A stretch of DNA of 64,000 nucleotides, the filler included, from Basidiobolus ranarum (Eukaryota): NCBI GenBank assembly GCA_040143965.1. It is 13 parts of 13 records of this genome, joined end to end, with 100 filler letters (N's around TTAATTAATTAA, not from the genome) between each part and the next. Parts side by side here need not be neighbours in the genome. Positions count along the whole stretch, not along the records: positions 39,586 to 44,420 come from JASJQH010001813.1; positions 44,521 to 49,353 come from JASJQH010001814.1; positions 49,454 to 54,282 come from JASJQH010001815.1; 10 more parts are not named here. The stretch is one strand, 5' to 3'. A model generated the notes under the pieces. It saw nothing but the letters and a program-made list of their open reading frames with translations, did no database searches and had not been told where the DNA came from. Below, one piece after another: positions 39,586 through 53,750 of this stretch; the first letter of the stretch is position 1, and each line of letters begins with the position of its first letter. Made by a program: the position numbers and the translations under genes.

Positions 39586-42500
39586 CTCAACAGATTACGA
39601 TGAAGCCGACAGACTCTACTTCGAAAACATCAACTTGGAGAGAGTACTCGATATCTATGAGATCGAGAACTCCAGTGGTTGCGTACTTGCTATGGGTGGT
39701 CAAACACCTAACAACATCGCTCTTCCTTTACATCGTCAACGTGTCAAGATCTTCGGTACTTCTCCCGAGATGATTGATACCGCCGAGAATCGTTACAAGT
39801 TCTCTCGTATGTTGGATAAAATTGGTGTCGATCAACCTCTCTGGAAAGAACTCACCAGCTTGGACGAGGCTCATGGTTTCTGTGCTAAGGTTGGTTACCC
39901 TGTATTGGTTCGCCCATCCTATGTTCTCAGTGGTGCTGCCATGAATGTTGTCTACTCCAGTGACGATTTGTCCAGCTACCTCAACCAAGCCACTGCTGTA
40001 TCCCGTGATTACCCCGTGGTTATTTCCAAATTCATTGAAGAGGCCAAGGAGATTGAGATGGATGCCGTTGCTTTAGATGGTAAATTGATCATGCACGTTG
40101 TCAGTGAGCACGTTGAAAATGCTGGTGTTCACTCGGGTGATGCTACCCTTGTCCTTCCACCACAGGATTTGGACCCTGAGACTGTTCGTAAGATTGTTAT
40201 CGCCACTGAAAAGATCGGTAATGCCCTTAACGTCACTGGCCCATATAATATTCAATTTATCGCCAAAAACAATGAGATCAAGGTGATCGAGTGTAACCTT
40301 CGTGCCGCTAGATCCTTCCCATTCGTCTCCAAGGTTACTGGTGTTGACTTGATCGAGTTGGCTACCAAGGCTATGCTAGGCGTTCCTGTTCAAGCATACC
40401 CTCCTACCGATATTCCTGAGAACTGTGTTGGTGTTAAGGTTCCTCAATTCTCCTTCAGTCGTTTGAGCGGTGCCGATCCCATTCTTGGTGTTGAAATGGC
40501 ATCCACTGGTGAGGTGGCTTGTTTCGGTAAGGACAAGACTGAGGCTTATCTTAAGGCTTTACTTGCTACTGGGTTCCAGCTTCCAGAGAAGAACATCTTG
40601 CTTTCTATTGGTTCATTCAAAGAGAAGCAAGAATTCCTTCCCTCTGCTCAGAAGTTACACGCTATGGGATATAACCTCTTTGCTACTGCTGGTACTGCCG
40701 ATTTCATGCAAGAACACGGTATTCCCGTCAAGTACTTGGAAGTCTTAGGAAATGATGACGATCAAAAGGGAGAATACTCTCTTAACCAACATCTTTCTCA
40801 TAACTTGATCGATCTTTATGTCAATTTGCCATCCAAGAATAGATACCGTCGCCCAGCTAGTTATGTCAGTCGTGGTTATCGTACTCGTCGTATGGCTGTA
40901 GACTTCGCCATCCCATTGATTACCAACATCAAGTGCGCTAAGCTCTTCGTCGATGCTTTAACTCACAAGCACAAGCTTTCAATCGACAAGGTCGATTATA
41001 AGACTAGCCATCGCTCCATCACTCTTCCTGGCCTTGTTAATATTCAGACATTTATTCCTGGCCTTGTAGATGACAAGAGTACTGACTTCGATGCTGTCAC
41101 TAAGGCTGCGGTCGCCGGTGGATTTACATCAGTTTGCGTGATGCCCATGGGTGCCAAATCAGCACTCAAAGATATTCAATCTTTGGTTGCCGCTAAGGAT
41201 AATGCTCACCTTAAGGCCCATTGTGACTACTCCATCTCGGTTGCTGCCACTGCTGATAATGCTGGTAAACTTGCTCAAGTGTTTGTAGATGCTAATACTT
41301 TGTTCGTATCATTCGACAAACGCTATGACGGTTACACCGAGAAGCTCTCCAATGTTGCCAGCTACTTCGAAACCTGCCCCAGAGACGTTGTCCTCGTCAC
41401 TGATGCTAAGGATACTGCCCTCGCTTCCATCTTATTATTGGCTAGCTTACAAGGACGTTCCGTTCACGTTACCAACATCTCAACCAAGCAAGATATTACT
41501 CTTATTTCCTTGAGTAAGGAACGTGGTCTTAAGGTTACCTGCGACATCGCTGTCTTCAACTTATTCTTAACCGAAGACAAGGGTGGATTACCCGAGAGAG
41601 ATGTTAAGGCTCTTTGGGAGAATTTGGATGTAATCGATTGCTTCTCCGTTGGTAACGTTCCAGTCAGCTCTTATGCTGCCACTGGCAAGGAAGCCCCTGT
41701 TGCTTACGGAATTAAGGAAACCCTTCCTTTACTCTTGAGCGCTGTTGTGCAAGGTCGTCTTACTTTGGATGACATCACTGCCAAGTTTTCGGAGAATCCT
41801 CGTCGTATCTTCAACTTACCTGAACAACCTGAAACCTATGTTGAAGTTGACATCGAGCGTAAGTCTGTCCTTGCTCAGGACGACTCTCCATTCGCTGGTA
41901 AATTGATCACCGGTAATGTACACCGTGTTGTCTTGCGAGGCAAGACCGTCTACTTGGATGGTGGTTTACTCTCCGATGGTACTGAAGGTAAAATGATTCA
42001 CAGAATCGCTGCCCCTCAAGATAAGGTCCCTCCTTCTCCTATCATCACCTCTATCACCTCCCCACGTATTCAACCTCTGGATCAAGTTGAAAAGGAGGAA
42101 CCAGTAAGCATGGTTGACAAATTGGAGCCTAGAAAGCAATTACTATCCAAGCTTCCAAGCGCTATCTCCACTATTCTTGCTAGATCACCTTTCCATCGTA
42201 AGAATATTGTCTCAGTGAAGCAGGTTACTCGTGATGAACTTCATTACTTGTTCGGTCTTGCTCAAGAGATAGGTACTCAAGTTGAGAAGCACGGCTCCCT
42301 AGACATTCTTAAGGGCCGCGTTCTTTCAGCCATGTTCTATGAGCCCTCCACTCGTACCAGCACTTCCTTCCAAGCTGCCATGCTTCGTCTCGGAGGTACC
42401 GTAGTCCCTATTACCGCTGAAGGATCCTCCGTTGTCAAGGGAGAAACACTCCCTGATACCATCCGTACTCTTCAATCCTACTCTGATGTGATTGTCTTGA

Positions 42501-43111
42501 GACATCCCGAAGCTGGAGCTGCTCAATTGGCCGCCAAATATTCGGACATCCCTATTATCAACGCCGGTGATGGTATTGGTGAGCATCCTTCTCAAGCTTA
42601 CCTTGATATTTACACCATTCGTGAAGAATTGGGTACTGTCAATGGTTTGACCATTACCTTGATTGGTGATCTTAAGAATGGACGTACTGTTCACTCTTTG
42701 GTTCGTGTCCTTGCCAATTATCATGTTCATTTGAACTATGTCAGCCCCGCTTCTCTCAAGATGCCTGAAGAAGTTAAGAAGGAAGTTAGCAAGATGGGCA
42801 TTGTTCAACGTGAATATGAAGACTTGAACGAAGTGATTGGCCTTACTGATGTCTTGTATGTCACCAGAGTCCAAAAGGAACGTTTCGACGATCTTGAAGA
42901 GTATGAACGCCTCAAGGATGCCTACATTATCAACAATAATGTCATGAACAAGGCTAAAGAAAATATGATTGTCATGCATCCTCTTCCTAGAGTCAACGAA
43001 ATCGATCCTGAGGTTGACTTTGATCAACGCGCTGCTTACTTCCGCCAAATGAGATACGGTCTCTATGTACGCATGGCCCTACTTGCAGCTGTTCTCGGCA
43101 AATCATACTAA
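39586..43111 (+). CDS. URA2: Multifunctional pyrimidine synthesis protein (CPSase C-half, pseudo-DHOase, ATCase), 5'-partial
   Basis: [43 protein letters not shown]; ATCase [39 protein letters not shown]. Confidence 0.98.
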
Positions 43112-44520
43112 TTGTCCCTCTCCCTCCTTCCCTCTAAAAAAAACACTTGGAGATCAACATCTCCTTATTCTATCTGATATTATACATATTCCAATCTCGA
43201 TAGATCCAAAACTACCTTTGAAACATATAGCTCACTATTAATTTTTTTATTAGATGTATTTTTCCCTTCATTCACCTCACCTCACCTCCTCTCCTCTCCC
43301 TTTCTTTCTCTTCGCTTGGTTTTCATTTAGTCAACCATTTTATTTGATGAATATCCCAAGCAATATTCATGACAGTTCCAGCGTGAAACAGATGTCAAAG
43401 TCACCTAGTTGGTGGAACAATTGTGTACTTTCCTTCAGTTTCAGAACAATCGGCATTTCTTACAGTCCCAAAAGTAAGATATTAAACCATTAAATAATAA
43501 ATCAATCTATCTTATAAACTGTATATCTATATACTGTTCCTTCCATAACAATCTTATCACCAATCTTATCAATCATTGATATCTGGTAAACCGCATTAGG
43601 ATTCGTGCCTCATGTGAGTCCTTTTGGCGTTATTAATTATGGGTAATCATGCGCAGTACACAAATCGAGAGATTGATTTACCTAAAAATATCGACATCTC
43701 TCTATACCTAAATATGGCAGCGCTGGTATGGATAGGTATCCGATGGGGTTACATGGTTATGCGGTAGAACAATCCTAGGTAAAAGGATAAGGGTAAGGGT
43801 AAGGAGATGTGGTACTAAAGAGGGCCAGCTTAAAATGATCATCTTCTGTCAGTATTACAATATTCGGTTCTATCAATGGATATCGGCTATCATAAAATTC
43901 GAAATTTGGCAAATGGCAAATCCGTTAAACACTTTGATTTTCTGCGTTTAGATAGATTGCTTACATTAAGTTAAAATCACTTGCCTAGACTGTACTAACA
44001 TAATGCTTAATTTACATCACAATGGACATTTGTAAAACGTGAAATTAATCATCGCAATTTCCATCTATCATCGAAAATGAAAAGAAAGCGATATATTTTA
44101 AGGAGAACAAGCTACCCCTCCCCTTATGTTTCATTCTCCCCATCAGGAACATCGAGAATCAAGGTTTAAAAAAATTATTCTTACTGATCGAATGGTTCGA
44201 ATAATTCCTCATTTTTAGAGACCAGAAAAAGTTCTATTTCCTCTCAGGATCGGCTTACTTCTGAAAGAAACACCTCTTTGGTAACCCCTCCCTTATTGTC
44301 AGTTTTTTATTTGGAACTTTGGTGTTGTAAAACATGTCCTTGATTACTCAACTTTCAAAGAAAGTTATTCAGGTACGTGGTGGTGTCACTGCTTTACGTA
44401 GTTTCGTTACCGTTAGTGCTNNNNNNNNNNNNNNNNNNNNNNNNNNNNNNNNNNNNNNNNNNNNTTAATTAATTAANNNNNNNNNNNNNNNNNNNNNNNN
44501 NNNNNNNNNNNNNNNNNNNN

Positions 44521-44600
44521 ATGAGGAGAATACACACGAAGAGGACGAAGAGGAGGAGGAGGTAGAAGAGGAGGAAGAGGAAGAGGAAGAAGAAATCTAA
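44521..44600 (+). CDS. Acidic C-terminal tail of a gene lying off-contig
   Basis: EENTHEEDEEEEEVEEEEEEEEEI* using mixed GAG/GAA codons, followed by AT-rich 3'UTR-like sequence. Confidence 0.55.
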
Positions 44601-47453
44601 GTAGACATCATCCATAATACAATATCGGTTTCTTTCTAACCTACCTACTTTCAAATGAAAATGTAATTATATCCTACCTTTCTTTGTTCCACTTACTCAG
44701 TATTTTCGCACTTCATGGTATATCCTGTATTTTATGTAGCTATTGCTGTTTTTTCTTGATAGACGAACTACATTTAATATCAAAAGCTAAATCTTATCAT
44801 CTCTAAATCAATCTATACTCTCCTTATTCCTTAGTATCTGTTAGCTCTAACTATTCAGAAGAAATACGTGTCTTCGTAGGAAGTTTAATAACTTATTTTT
44901 AGAGGGTATGCAATGTAATTTTGTGGAAGTTCTTGTCGGGGGAGACTAAATATCTGAGATTTTGAGTTGCCGCCATATCAAAGCTAAAGCTTTGCATACT
45001 GTGATCACAAAGGATAAGAGTATCTGTTGTACGCTAGTAAAATGTACATGCCCCTCATAAGTTTATGTTCCATCATAAACACCGCGAAATCCCATTTGCC
45101 AGTGCAGCGGTGATACCCGAACAGCCATGGATATTTCGATGCACTGGCGTACCCTCTATCCCACTCTAAAACGAAAGCTTGATCGCAAGTACTACTGTCA
45201 TCATGCACTATCCATCTCCACAGTGTGTCTGAATTTTCATATTTGCCTGAAATTAGGTGTGCATGTTGAAGAGCCTGTAGCAATTGATTTTAGGAAATCA
45301 TTCAATAAAAATCACCTATTGGGTACAGATACTCCATTGTTGCACTAGAAGCGCAGGTTTCTCTCAAAGCAACGAGTGGAAGCTTTAACTTCTCGCATGC
45401 TATTTGATAGGCTCCAATACAGCAATCGTTCTATTAGTGTGGCCGAAATGGCGTACGAGACATCCAAAATAATGGAGATGGTAGAAAGGTGATGTCATGA
45501 GGGGTTAAGAAATACCTCAATGATGTTTTCATTGATCCCCGAAAATTGGGAATGCTCTGAAAATCTTCGGATTATCCTGGTTGGCCCGATTGGGGAGGGT
45601 GCATGTGTTTACTAGATACTTGAAGAAAACGCTCTTGGCTACTTGGATAGCTAGATCTAATTGGTTCAACTTTATTCACCAATTTGGTAGGGGGTTTCCG
45701 CAATCTAGACCCAATGTTCATGTTGACAGAACAAATTGAAGCAGCGGTATTTGGCCACATTTAGGGCCATTGGCATCCTGAGGCTCGGCTCTCCGTAGCA
45801 GCTGAGATCAATCTAACTCAACCTCCATCTATGTAAGTTCTTTCTTGTGGTGATAGTTGCCGGATTACCTTGCATATCAAAGCACCTTGAACACTCGACA
45901 GGGTGGCGTTGAAGTGCAGGGTCGCATAGATAGAAATCGACAAGGGTGTCGGATCAAGATATTCAGAATGTCGCCTCGAGTATAAGCATGAATCTATGAT
46001 GCAATCTACCTCGATGAGTGATCGAGGTAACTGATGGGGAATCTTTATCCAACCCCGTAACTAACAAACAGGAGACCATTAGAATTCATAGGTGAGGATG
46101 GTGGGGGAAGGGGAGGACAAATGATGGGCAATCTCATAGGCGTGGCGGATATCGCAATCGACCAATATCGTTGAAGCGTGCCTAAAAGTAAGCAACTTCA
46201 AGTGATACGTAAGTAGCAACTGGCGTTTTTAGAAGAGAGTGGCCATGCAACCATTCCCGAACTTCCAAATCCGTTTCTTCCATTCTACAGACCGGATCGA
46301 GTGACCAGTTATTTTCATATGGAACTTGAATTTAAAATCAATCCTGGATGGCTGATCTATACGATGTTTAGAGCTTCTTGCCATCGAGCGTCAATCGGAT
46401 CTGATGTACTGTCCATCATTTCCATCGAAGGAAGTCAAATCTCTCGTTGAGATACACACTCCGCATTCGTACATAGCTACTGGCACGTATTCGTATTTGC
46501 CAGAACAGGCTTCAGGATCATCATTTCTTGGCTGGGTACATTGACAGCTTGGGAGCTTAATACGCCATTTACGAATCTATCTACAAGTAACTGGAAACAG
46601 GTCGCACAACCAGTGGGGTCCTTGACTACATGTACATGGTGTCAATCGATAGAATCCCTCCCCTTTTATTCGGCAATAAGGTAGGAGCATGCGTAACGGG
46701 TATGAGCTTTGGCATTGGTTTGGGCTCAAGGAAGCAATTTCCATGAACTCCAAGTTGGTTTCCAGGATTCAAGTGGATTGGTAAAGTTTCCCCATCCACC
46801 TTATCCTCATCCGTTCAAGTTAGATTAGCCAAAAAAGACTAGAGTGGTTTCAATTTTCGTAAATCTGCTTGTTCTCATCAGAATATTCTGAGATCGTACG
46901 AGTCCAAGATAAGTGGGATTTTGGTTAGATGAATTTCCTTTGTTGCGTCGTCAAAAGCGCTTTCTTTTCCGCTCGCTTTTGACTACGGCTCACGTATTGA
47001 GACCATCTAAAGGTTATTTTGGCCAGTTTGGATTGAAATTTTTTATGGGGGATTTTTTTGGAGGCTGGAAACCCTAAGAAACATACGAATGACATACCTA
47101 AGAAAATACATATGGTACATGTGCGATTTATCTACGTTCTAACTACACGGTAGATCCTCTTCAACAGTTCTACTGCGAGATGTGACCTTGTTTACAGTGA
47201 TATCATAATTCAGTGAACGAAGTACGGTTAGCGTGGGCCTGATAATAGAAGCACAAAAATGTCGGAAATCGAAAAAGAATACATGCTGTGATGGAAAATG
47301 ATTAAAGGAAATAAAAGAGAAAGCCATAGAAATTTTTACAATGCTTTGAAGAAGGAACTGACATGACGTGAAAAAGTAAAAAGCAAAACTGGGTAATGAT
47401 GTGTGAAAAGAAAATGCTTAGTGTGCTTTCTACGTTGTTAAATAATCCTTTGA

Positions 47454-48215
47454 TTACAATTCCTCCTGGACGTTATTCTCGCTTGATGGTAATGCGTGTA
47501 GTCTAAGATGTCTTCGAAGGTTGGATTCAACTGAGAACTTTTTATGACAACCCTCGTAGACACATATGAATGGTTTTTCTCCCGTATGAGTATACATATG
47601 TGTTTTCAATGAACTAGGCCGCGAAAATCGCTTCTGACATATTTCACATATATGCCGCCGATTGTTTGTATTTCGAGATAACGCCAGGAACACTGGACCT
47701 TTGTAATACTCGTTGACTCGGTCCTCAGCAGGGTCATTATCAGAAGAAGAGTGAGAACTTGCTGCGACGGTTATGGTCTTCTTGGTAGGGGAGATCGAAT
47801 GAACAGAGAGGGTTGCATCTTTCTTGGAGAAATCAACAGTTGCTACGGCTCGGAAGGAAGAAGAATTAGAATGGTAATGAAGTGGTTTTTTACCAGAATC
47901 ATCTTGCGTAATGGGAAACTTTTGATCTTTATCATATGGAAAATTGCCTTTCAAACGAGATCGTGGTACTTTGTCAACCGAAGAAAGGTATGAATTGGCC
48001 AACTTTTTATCGAGTTCACCATGCCAATAATGCAAGGGATCCGTTTGTACCCTGGGCTCCAGTACTAGTAGCTTATCACCTGGAGTCTCTTCATGAACCG
48101 AGGAATCTATGGTGTTACTTACTTTAAATGGCTTACTCCATGCAATCTGTTCAGTGGATTGTTCAGAAAAGTCCCGAAAGTGTGGGAGTGGAAAGCTGGC
48201 GTTATTTAGAGACAT
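47454..48215 (-). CDS. C2H2 zinc-finger transcription factor (two fingers)
   Basis: CEICQKRFSRPSSLKTHMYTH-TGEKPF-ICVYEGCHKKFSVESNLRRHLRLH; intronless 253-aa ORF. Confidence 0.92.
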   Translation of the reverse strand: MSLNNASFPLPHFRDFSEQSTEQIAWSKPFKVSNTIDSSVHEETPGDKLLVLEPRVQTDPLHYWHGELDKKLANSYLSSVDKVPRSRLKGNFPYDKDQKFPITQDDSGKKPLHYHSNSSSFRAVATVDFSKKDATLSVHSISPTKKTITVAASSHSSSDNDPAEDRVNEYYKGPVFLALSRNTNNRRHICEICQKRFSRPSSLKTHMYTHTGEKPFICVYEGCHKKFSVESNLRRHLRLHALPSSENNVQEEL

Positions 48216-49453
48216 GAAAATGGCTCCGATATCTGATAAAGTAACGGACGCTCAAAGGAGTTCACTCAAGTAAGGTTATCGGGGGCTAAAAGGGAACTTT
48301 ATGTTCATAAAATATAGAAAGCTTTTCAGAGGAGGTAATCGAGGCTAACGAGGAACTAGATATCTTTGAGCTTAGGCAAGCAATTGGATTGATATCAACT
48401 AAATCGATAAAGATCTATAAAAATTAATAAGGTGTAATAAAGAGAAATCTAAGGCACATCTCTGCCTTTAAGAATTGTCAGATCGCCACAGGTGGGACGA
48501 TCTTGTTTATTGGTTGAATGAATATAGTAATGAAAATTAAAATGGTAGATGCAGTGGCAGAATATCGATATATTTGTGAAAGAGGCGATTCCTATTTGGT
48601 ATAATAATTTCCCATAAACTCCGAGATTTCCGCAAACTAGTTGGCCAAAGATCTCCAAATAAGAATAGCCATCAAGTTGATTTTTGGGATGAAGACTCCC
48701 AAAAGATACAAGTGTAACGACGGCGTATTAATGTACTTTCTATCTGGAGCACTGATGGTTTCCAACTGAAACTCACCATGCTCACAATCCACCGCCAACT
48801 GCACTCTATAGGGTCATCCAGCCCCGCGGAAAATTCCAAGACATCGTTGTGTGTTGTTGCGGGGCATCCATGAGATGTGTACCACGTTGGATAGGGCGTC
48901 CCTTCAGCATGTGGTTCACAGCTATTAGAAAGAATAGTACCTCAGCTGGTCTGATGGGAAAGCAAAACTTTCGTCACGTTGTCATAAAAGCATATTCACC
49001 GGCTCATCTCAGACTGACCCTCTACGCGGATTAACTACATCACGTACAGATTCTGATAGTACTTCCAAAATAAACCAGGGCCAGTCTCGAAGCATCCAGA
49101 ATCTAGTAAGCAACTCATTACAAATAGTAGCGTTTGATCGAATGCAACTGAATATCCTATGCATCCCTAACGTACAATTGAGATCGACAGTAGTGGGTAT
49201 AGTTCGATTTGTAAGAACTATCGGAAAGGATATGTTTGTGACACCACTTGGCCTTCCCAAATCTAGTTCAGTCTCTATATGCTTCGGTTGAGTGCGCATT
49301 GTTAGCCCAAGGTTCGGGAAACTTACGGGATTCCGGTTGGAGTAAGTTCTCATNNNNNNNNNNNNNNNNNNNNNNNNNNNNNNNNNNNNNNNNNNNNTTA
49401 ATTAATTAANNNNNNNNNNNNNNNNNNNNNNNNNNNNNNNNNNNNNNNNNNNN

Positions 49454-49855
49454 ACTTGTGAGCATCGTGAGTCGTGGTAGACTTGTGAGCAGCGTGAGTC
49501 TCGGTAGACTTGAGAGCAACGTGAGTCTTGCTAGACCTGTACATTTTGTGCGACGCGCTAGACCTCTGGGAATGCTCAGTGTCTGTAGACTTCTGAGTTT
49601 CGTGAGTTTCCGTAGACTTGTCAGAGCCGTGAGTCTTAGTGCAACTCTGCGTTTCGGGAGTTTCTGATGACTTGTGAGTTACAGGAGTCTTGGTAGACTT
49701 CTGAAGGTCATAAGTTTTGCTGGACTTGGCAATGTCGTGGGCCTCTGTGGACCTTTGGGAATCGGGGACCACGTTAGACTTGTGGGAATCGCTAGCTTCA
49801 GTAAATTTGTGAGAGTCATGAGTCTCAGTAGGCTCGTGAGTATCGTGAGTTGCGG
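49454..49855 (-). repeat. Coding 27-bp degenerate tandem repeat, about 15 units (consensus roughly THDxHKSTE)
   Basis: THDTHEPTE/THDSHKFTE/.../THGSDKSTE/THETQKSTD/.../THVALKSTE/THAAHKSTT/THDAHK. Confidence 0.85.
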
Positions 49856-51551
49856 TTTCCTGACTTTCGGGAAACTTGCTAGACCAGGTAGACCCATAGG
49901 ATACTGAACCTTTGGTAGACTTGATTGACTGATTATGGCCTTTAGTTTTTTGGGACCTGTTTGTATTGTGGTGGCTGAGAATATTTGGTGTTGACGGATG
50001 TGAGGCAGAAGGTTGCTTGATGCCCCTACAGGTTACCCCGCGCTTTGTCAGTACACAAATTTGATTGTTTTGACACATAAGTCTTCTTAATTTTCCGTCA
50101 ACCCAGGCAAGTATGACCCCTGATTTACCCTCATTTTCGCAACTAGCCTTTTCGCTCTCTTGAGTTTTGCTTGATATTTTAACGTCTCTGGATTTGCTGG
50201 ATTTGTTGGATTTATTGTCTTCGGTGATGTGGGAATGGGATTTCGTAAGCGGGACCTTTTTTTCACTTGACATGGATTGATGAATATGTCTACTCTCTGT
50301 TATACTGCTGGGCCCGGACTTAGAATTTGTTCTCTGGGCATTGGATGTTCCATATTCGGATTTCTCATTCTCATTGGTTGTTGTATTTGTGTCCAGTTTC
50401 GGGTGTGTGTTTGTGTTATCCGTACTGGAGGTAGTATTAATCTTAGATGTGGTTGGCGCACGACCATGAGTTTTAGGGAGATCTATCGTTCGGGTCTTTT
50501 TACTAGGTGTTGCTATTGCTGAGGGCGTTTGCAATCCTGTTATCTCTAGTACGCATTCGATCCCGAATTGACCTGTTTCAGCATTTTGAAAATTAACACA
50601 AATCGAATTTTGTACACAGGTATTAAGAATCATTTCTCCAAAGGAGCATTCTTCGTATGGGCGGCCATATCCGGATTCGGTACATGCGATGTCATATGGA
50701 CATGTGTTCATTCTGGAGATTGTTTTTTCTGCTACCACCATCGTATGCGCATTTGTGATATATTGAGTTTTCTTTACTTCACTTCCGATCAAGGATACTT
50801 CATTCAGTATGCAATTTCCCTTATTGCAAATATAACCTGGTAGACAAGCGACAGGTTGCCATCCACCCCAATCTGTACATACTCTGCCACTCGTGTCAGA
50901 ATAACAACTGTATGCTCCAACCTTACAGCGTACTCCAGTTGGAGCCGGTATATAAGCAGATTCTGTGACAATGGGGCCTAAGGGAGAATTACAAGCTGCG
51001 ATATTATCTATTCCGGTGTAGCATTCTAATCCTTGCGCACATGTATGTTGTATTATTATGCCATTAACACAGATGTTGAGATGTATATTACTTGCGCACG
51101 TGGCCGTGTATGAACTATCGCAGGTAGCATCTGAGACTTTTATTGATGTTGCTGCTACTGTCTTGACGGATTTGGATGTATAATGAATCACACCAGTTGG
51201 GATTGTCGTCGCGATATCTATGAATTGACATATGGAATCCTGATTATCTGGAACACATACGTACTGTATTCTGGGTTTTTTCTGCCATGGGCATTCATAA
51301 ATTATCCATTTTCCGCCAAGGCATTTTTTGTATTGATGACGTTTACCTGGGACGCAGGAAACCGTACCATCATTGCAAGGTGCAAGTGTTGTGACGGCTA
51401 CACCGTGAGACAGCATGGAAGTTAATCCTGTAATGGTATTTTGAATTCCAGGGGTGATTGTTACTTTTCGAGGCGGCTTGGCTGACGCATATTCTGCTGT
51501 CAGAAGTAGCAAGGCGGCGATCAAGGCTGGCCACCTGGGTTTAAAACGCAT
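49454..51551 (-). CDS. Large secreted protein with about 5 CBM19-like Cys modules and a His/Ser/Thr/Lys-rich 9-aa repeat tail, 3'-partial
   Basis: Signal MRFKPRWPALIAALLLLTAEYASA; modules such as CNDGTVSC..YKKCLGGKWIIYEC and CKVGAYSC..VCTDWGGWQPVACLPGYIC; ORF open for about 700 aa to the contig edge. Confidence 0.8.
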
Positions 51552-52089
51552 TGTATAGTTCCCCTCGTAGCACTTGTACATCGTTACTTCATTATTTATA
51601 TAGATTGATGGTAACTGATGTCCATTTAAAGCATATCTTTCCTTTCTTAATTCAGTTGTATATACTATACATCACACTCATTGGCCATGTTGACATCCAA
51701 AATCTATATTGCCGTTCCTGTAATGTTAATGGTGCTATATTTCATGCAATCTAAGCTGAACCTATTCTATTCACCTAATTACTCTCTGGTGATATTGGTG
51801 AAAACAAGTTCTTCATTTATCCGCGAGGAGTTTGAACAACTTCTAGTAGAAAACCTCCACCATTTATAGCTTGTGATATGGACACCTGTTCTCTTTCTTC
51901 TCGAGAATTCTATGTATTTTGATCACGTATTTTTCCAATCTACCGCTACATTTAAGCGACGCTCGAGCCGATGATTTGAACTTATTACCGCTACTCTGGT
52001 CCATAAATATATTGCCATTTAAGTATTCATGCGCGTCTTTTTTTTCTTATCTTTTGAATTCACTTGGATACTTTCAGCCCAATATGCAC

Positions 52090-52960
52090 TTAGATTCGAG
52101 CCCTTTTTGAGCAAAACATTCGATTATTTATAAATGCCAATGAATTGCTCACACTATCGGAAATACACCCATTGCTGCTTAAGCACTTTGATCGCCAATC
52201 CGTGGTTATAATGCCGATATCTTTAGGGTTAGTATATACTAGCCAAGAGTAGTTATTCAATACAGGAACTGGTCGATGCAAATTGTTTTCACTGAGGAGC
52301 CAAAGTGCGAATTAGATTCCTCCAAGTCTTCTGTGATCACAACACTCCGTCATTTTACTGCATGTATAACGCATGCGAGTTACAGCGTTGTCACTGCAAT
52401 GCTGTTGTGCTCACTCCAATCTTCTCGCAGTACCCGATACAGATTACTGGATCATTATCCCAGATGTTGGTTCACATTGAACTAGAAGTATCGTTTTTTT
52501 CAAGCCATCGGGTTTGCGATATATGATTGGCCAACATCTATTTTCAAACATCCGAACACCCTCAATTTGCCTGTTCAATTGGTTAGCAGGATGCGGTAAA
52601 TCTTCGGTTGTGTAACATACCATATTCGTATCGTAGACAGTTCCACATTTGGGAATTGAACTTCTCATGAATAGCCGGTAAAATCTGGAGTAGTGGTTAA
52701 ATCTGAATATGGACGTGTCGGAATTAGTAACAGGCAAATTTGTGAACCTAAATACATTCCTGATTTCACATGAGATAATTGTATTCCACAGGGGAGGTGG
52801 GATATAACCGCCACATTTATCACCCAATGACTGCAAATTGCAAGAAGTAGCCATTGGAAAGCTGTAAACACCGTACTTCTTGAATTATAGAGAGTAGATG
52901 AAGATTGGTTACCGAACCAGAACAACGCCGCTGATATATAGCACCCCCCCCATTGCACTA
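52090..52960 (-). pseudogene. Possible fragmented gene
   Basis: Three successive or overlapping minus-strand ORFs (97, 136, 63 aa) of Cys/Trp-containing sequence in different frames. No family recognised. Confidence 0.25.
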
Positions 52961-53750
52961 CAATGTTATTGCGGTAGCTACACTATTCGCGCATCGTCCT
53001 ATACAAACGAACGCTTATTAGTTTGGAGTCAAGAAGCGCCGTTAATACTCTAGAATGTGAATTTTCGAATGTTTCCACTAAAATTGTATACTGTGTACTT
53101 TCTGGCAAAAAAGAATGAAGCTAATCTGTAATATTGGGCTTTTATGACTATCCGACATATTTACTGAACGAAGAATCGCAAGTAGGCTTGAGAAGCTGAT
53201 TTCCTCCATTAATTGGTAAATATAACCCTATTTACGTATTTTCTTGGAGATAATATCTCAACGCAGACGTACTAATATAACAATCCAAGTAGCAATTACA
53301 TAAACCAATTGGCTTATCACTGAAAATGAATCTACTAGGATATTCCGCTCTATATCCTGCCGGTCTTGTGATGGGTGAATTGAATAATGGTAACCACAAG
53401 CTGACAGAGTACGAATAATTGTTAATATGAGAGTAAATGACGGCAGCCTTGAACTCCAAATATATTACATGAATATTTACGAATCATTTACTAAGGTATA
53501 AATCACTTCGTGAGTACCTATATACTATATCTGTCGCGGGCTTTCTATCCGATTACCGTATCATCTGTTGGACGATGTTTATATAAATGGTTAACAAAAT
53601 TAGCTAGCTCTCTTCAATCATAAAGGGTCGAAGATTTCTCAGTCGTCACAAATATAATCAACTATGCACTACCTTACACTCATTATGCTCTATAGAGTTG
53701 CAAAATCACTTTCTTTTATTGGAACAAATGTTGCAGAGTTGATGGAGTGT

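Noticed and set aside
42326-43048. Long antisense ORFs (240 aa in URA2; also 27083-27499 in RPS15 and 21553-21924 in LCB1)
   Set aside because: Shadows of biased codon usage on the opposite strand of highly conserved genes.
44900-47000. Mixed-composition stretch with several 60-90 aa ORFs; likewise 48700-49353 and 62900-64000
   Set aside because: No domain, splice model or repeat structure I can support.
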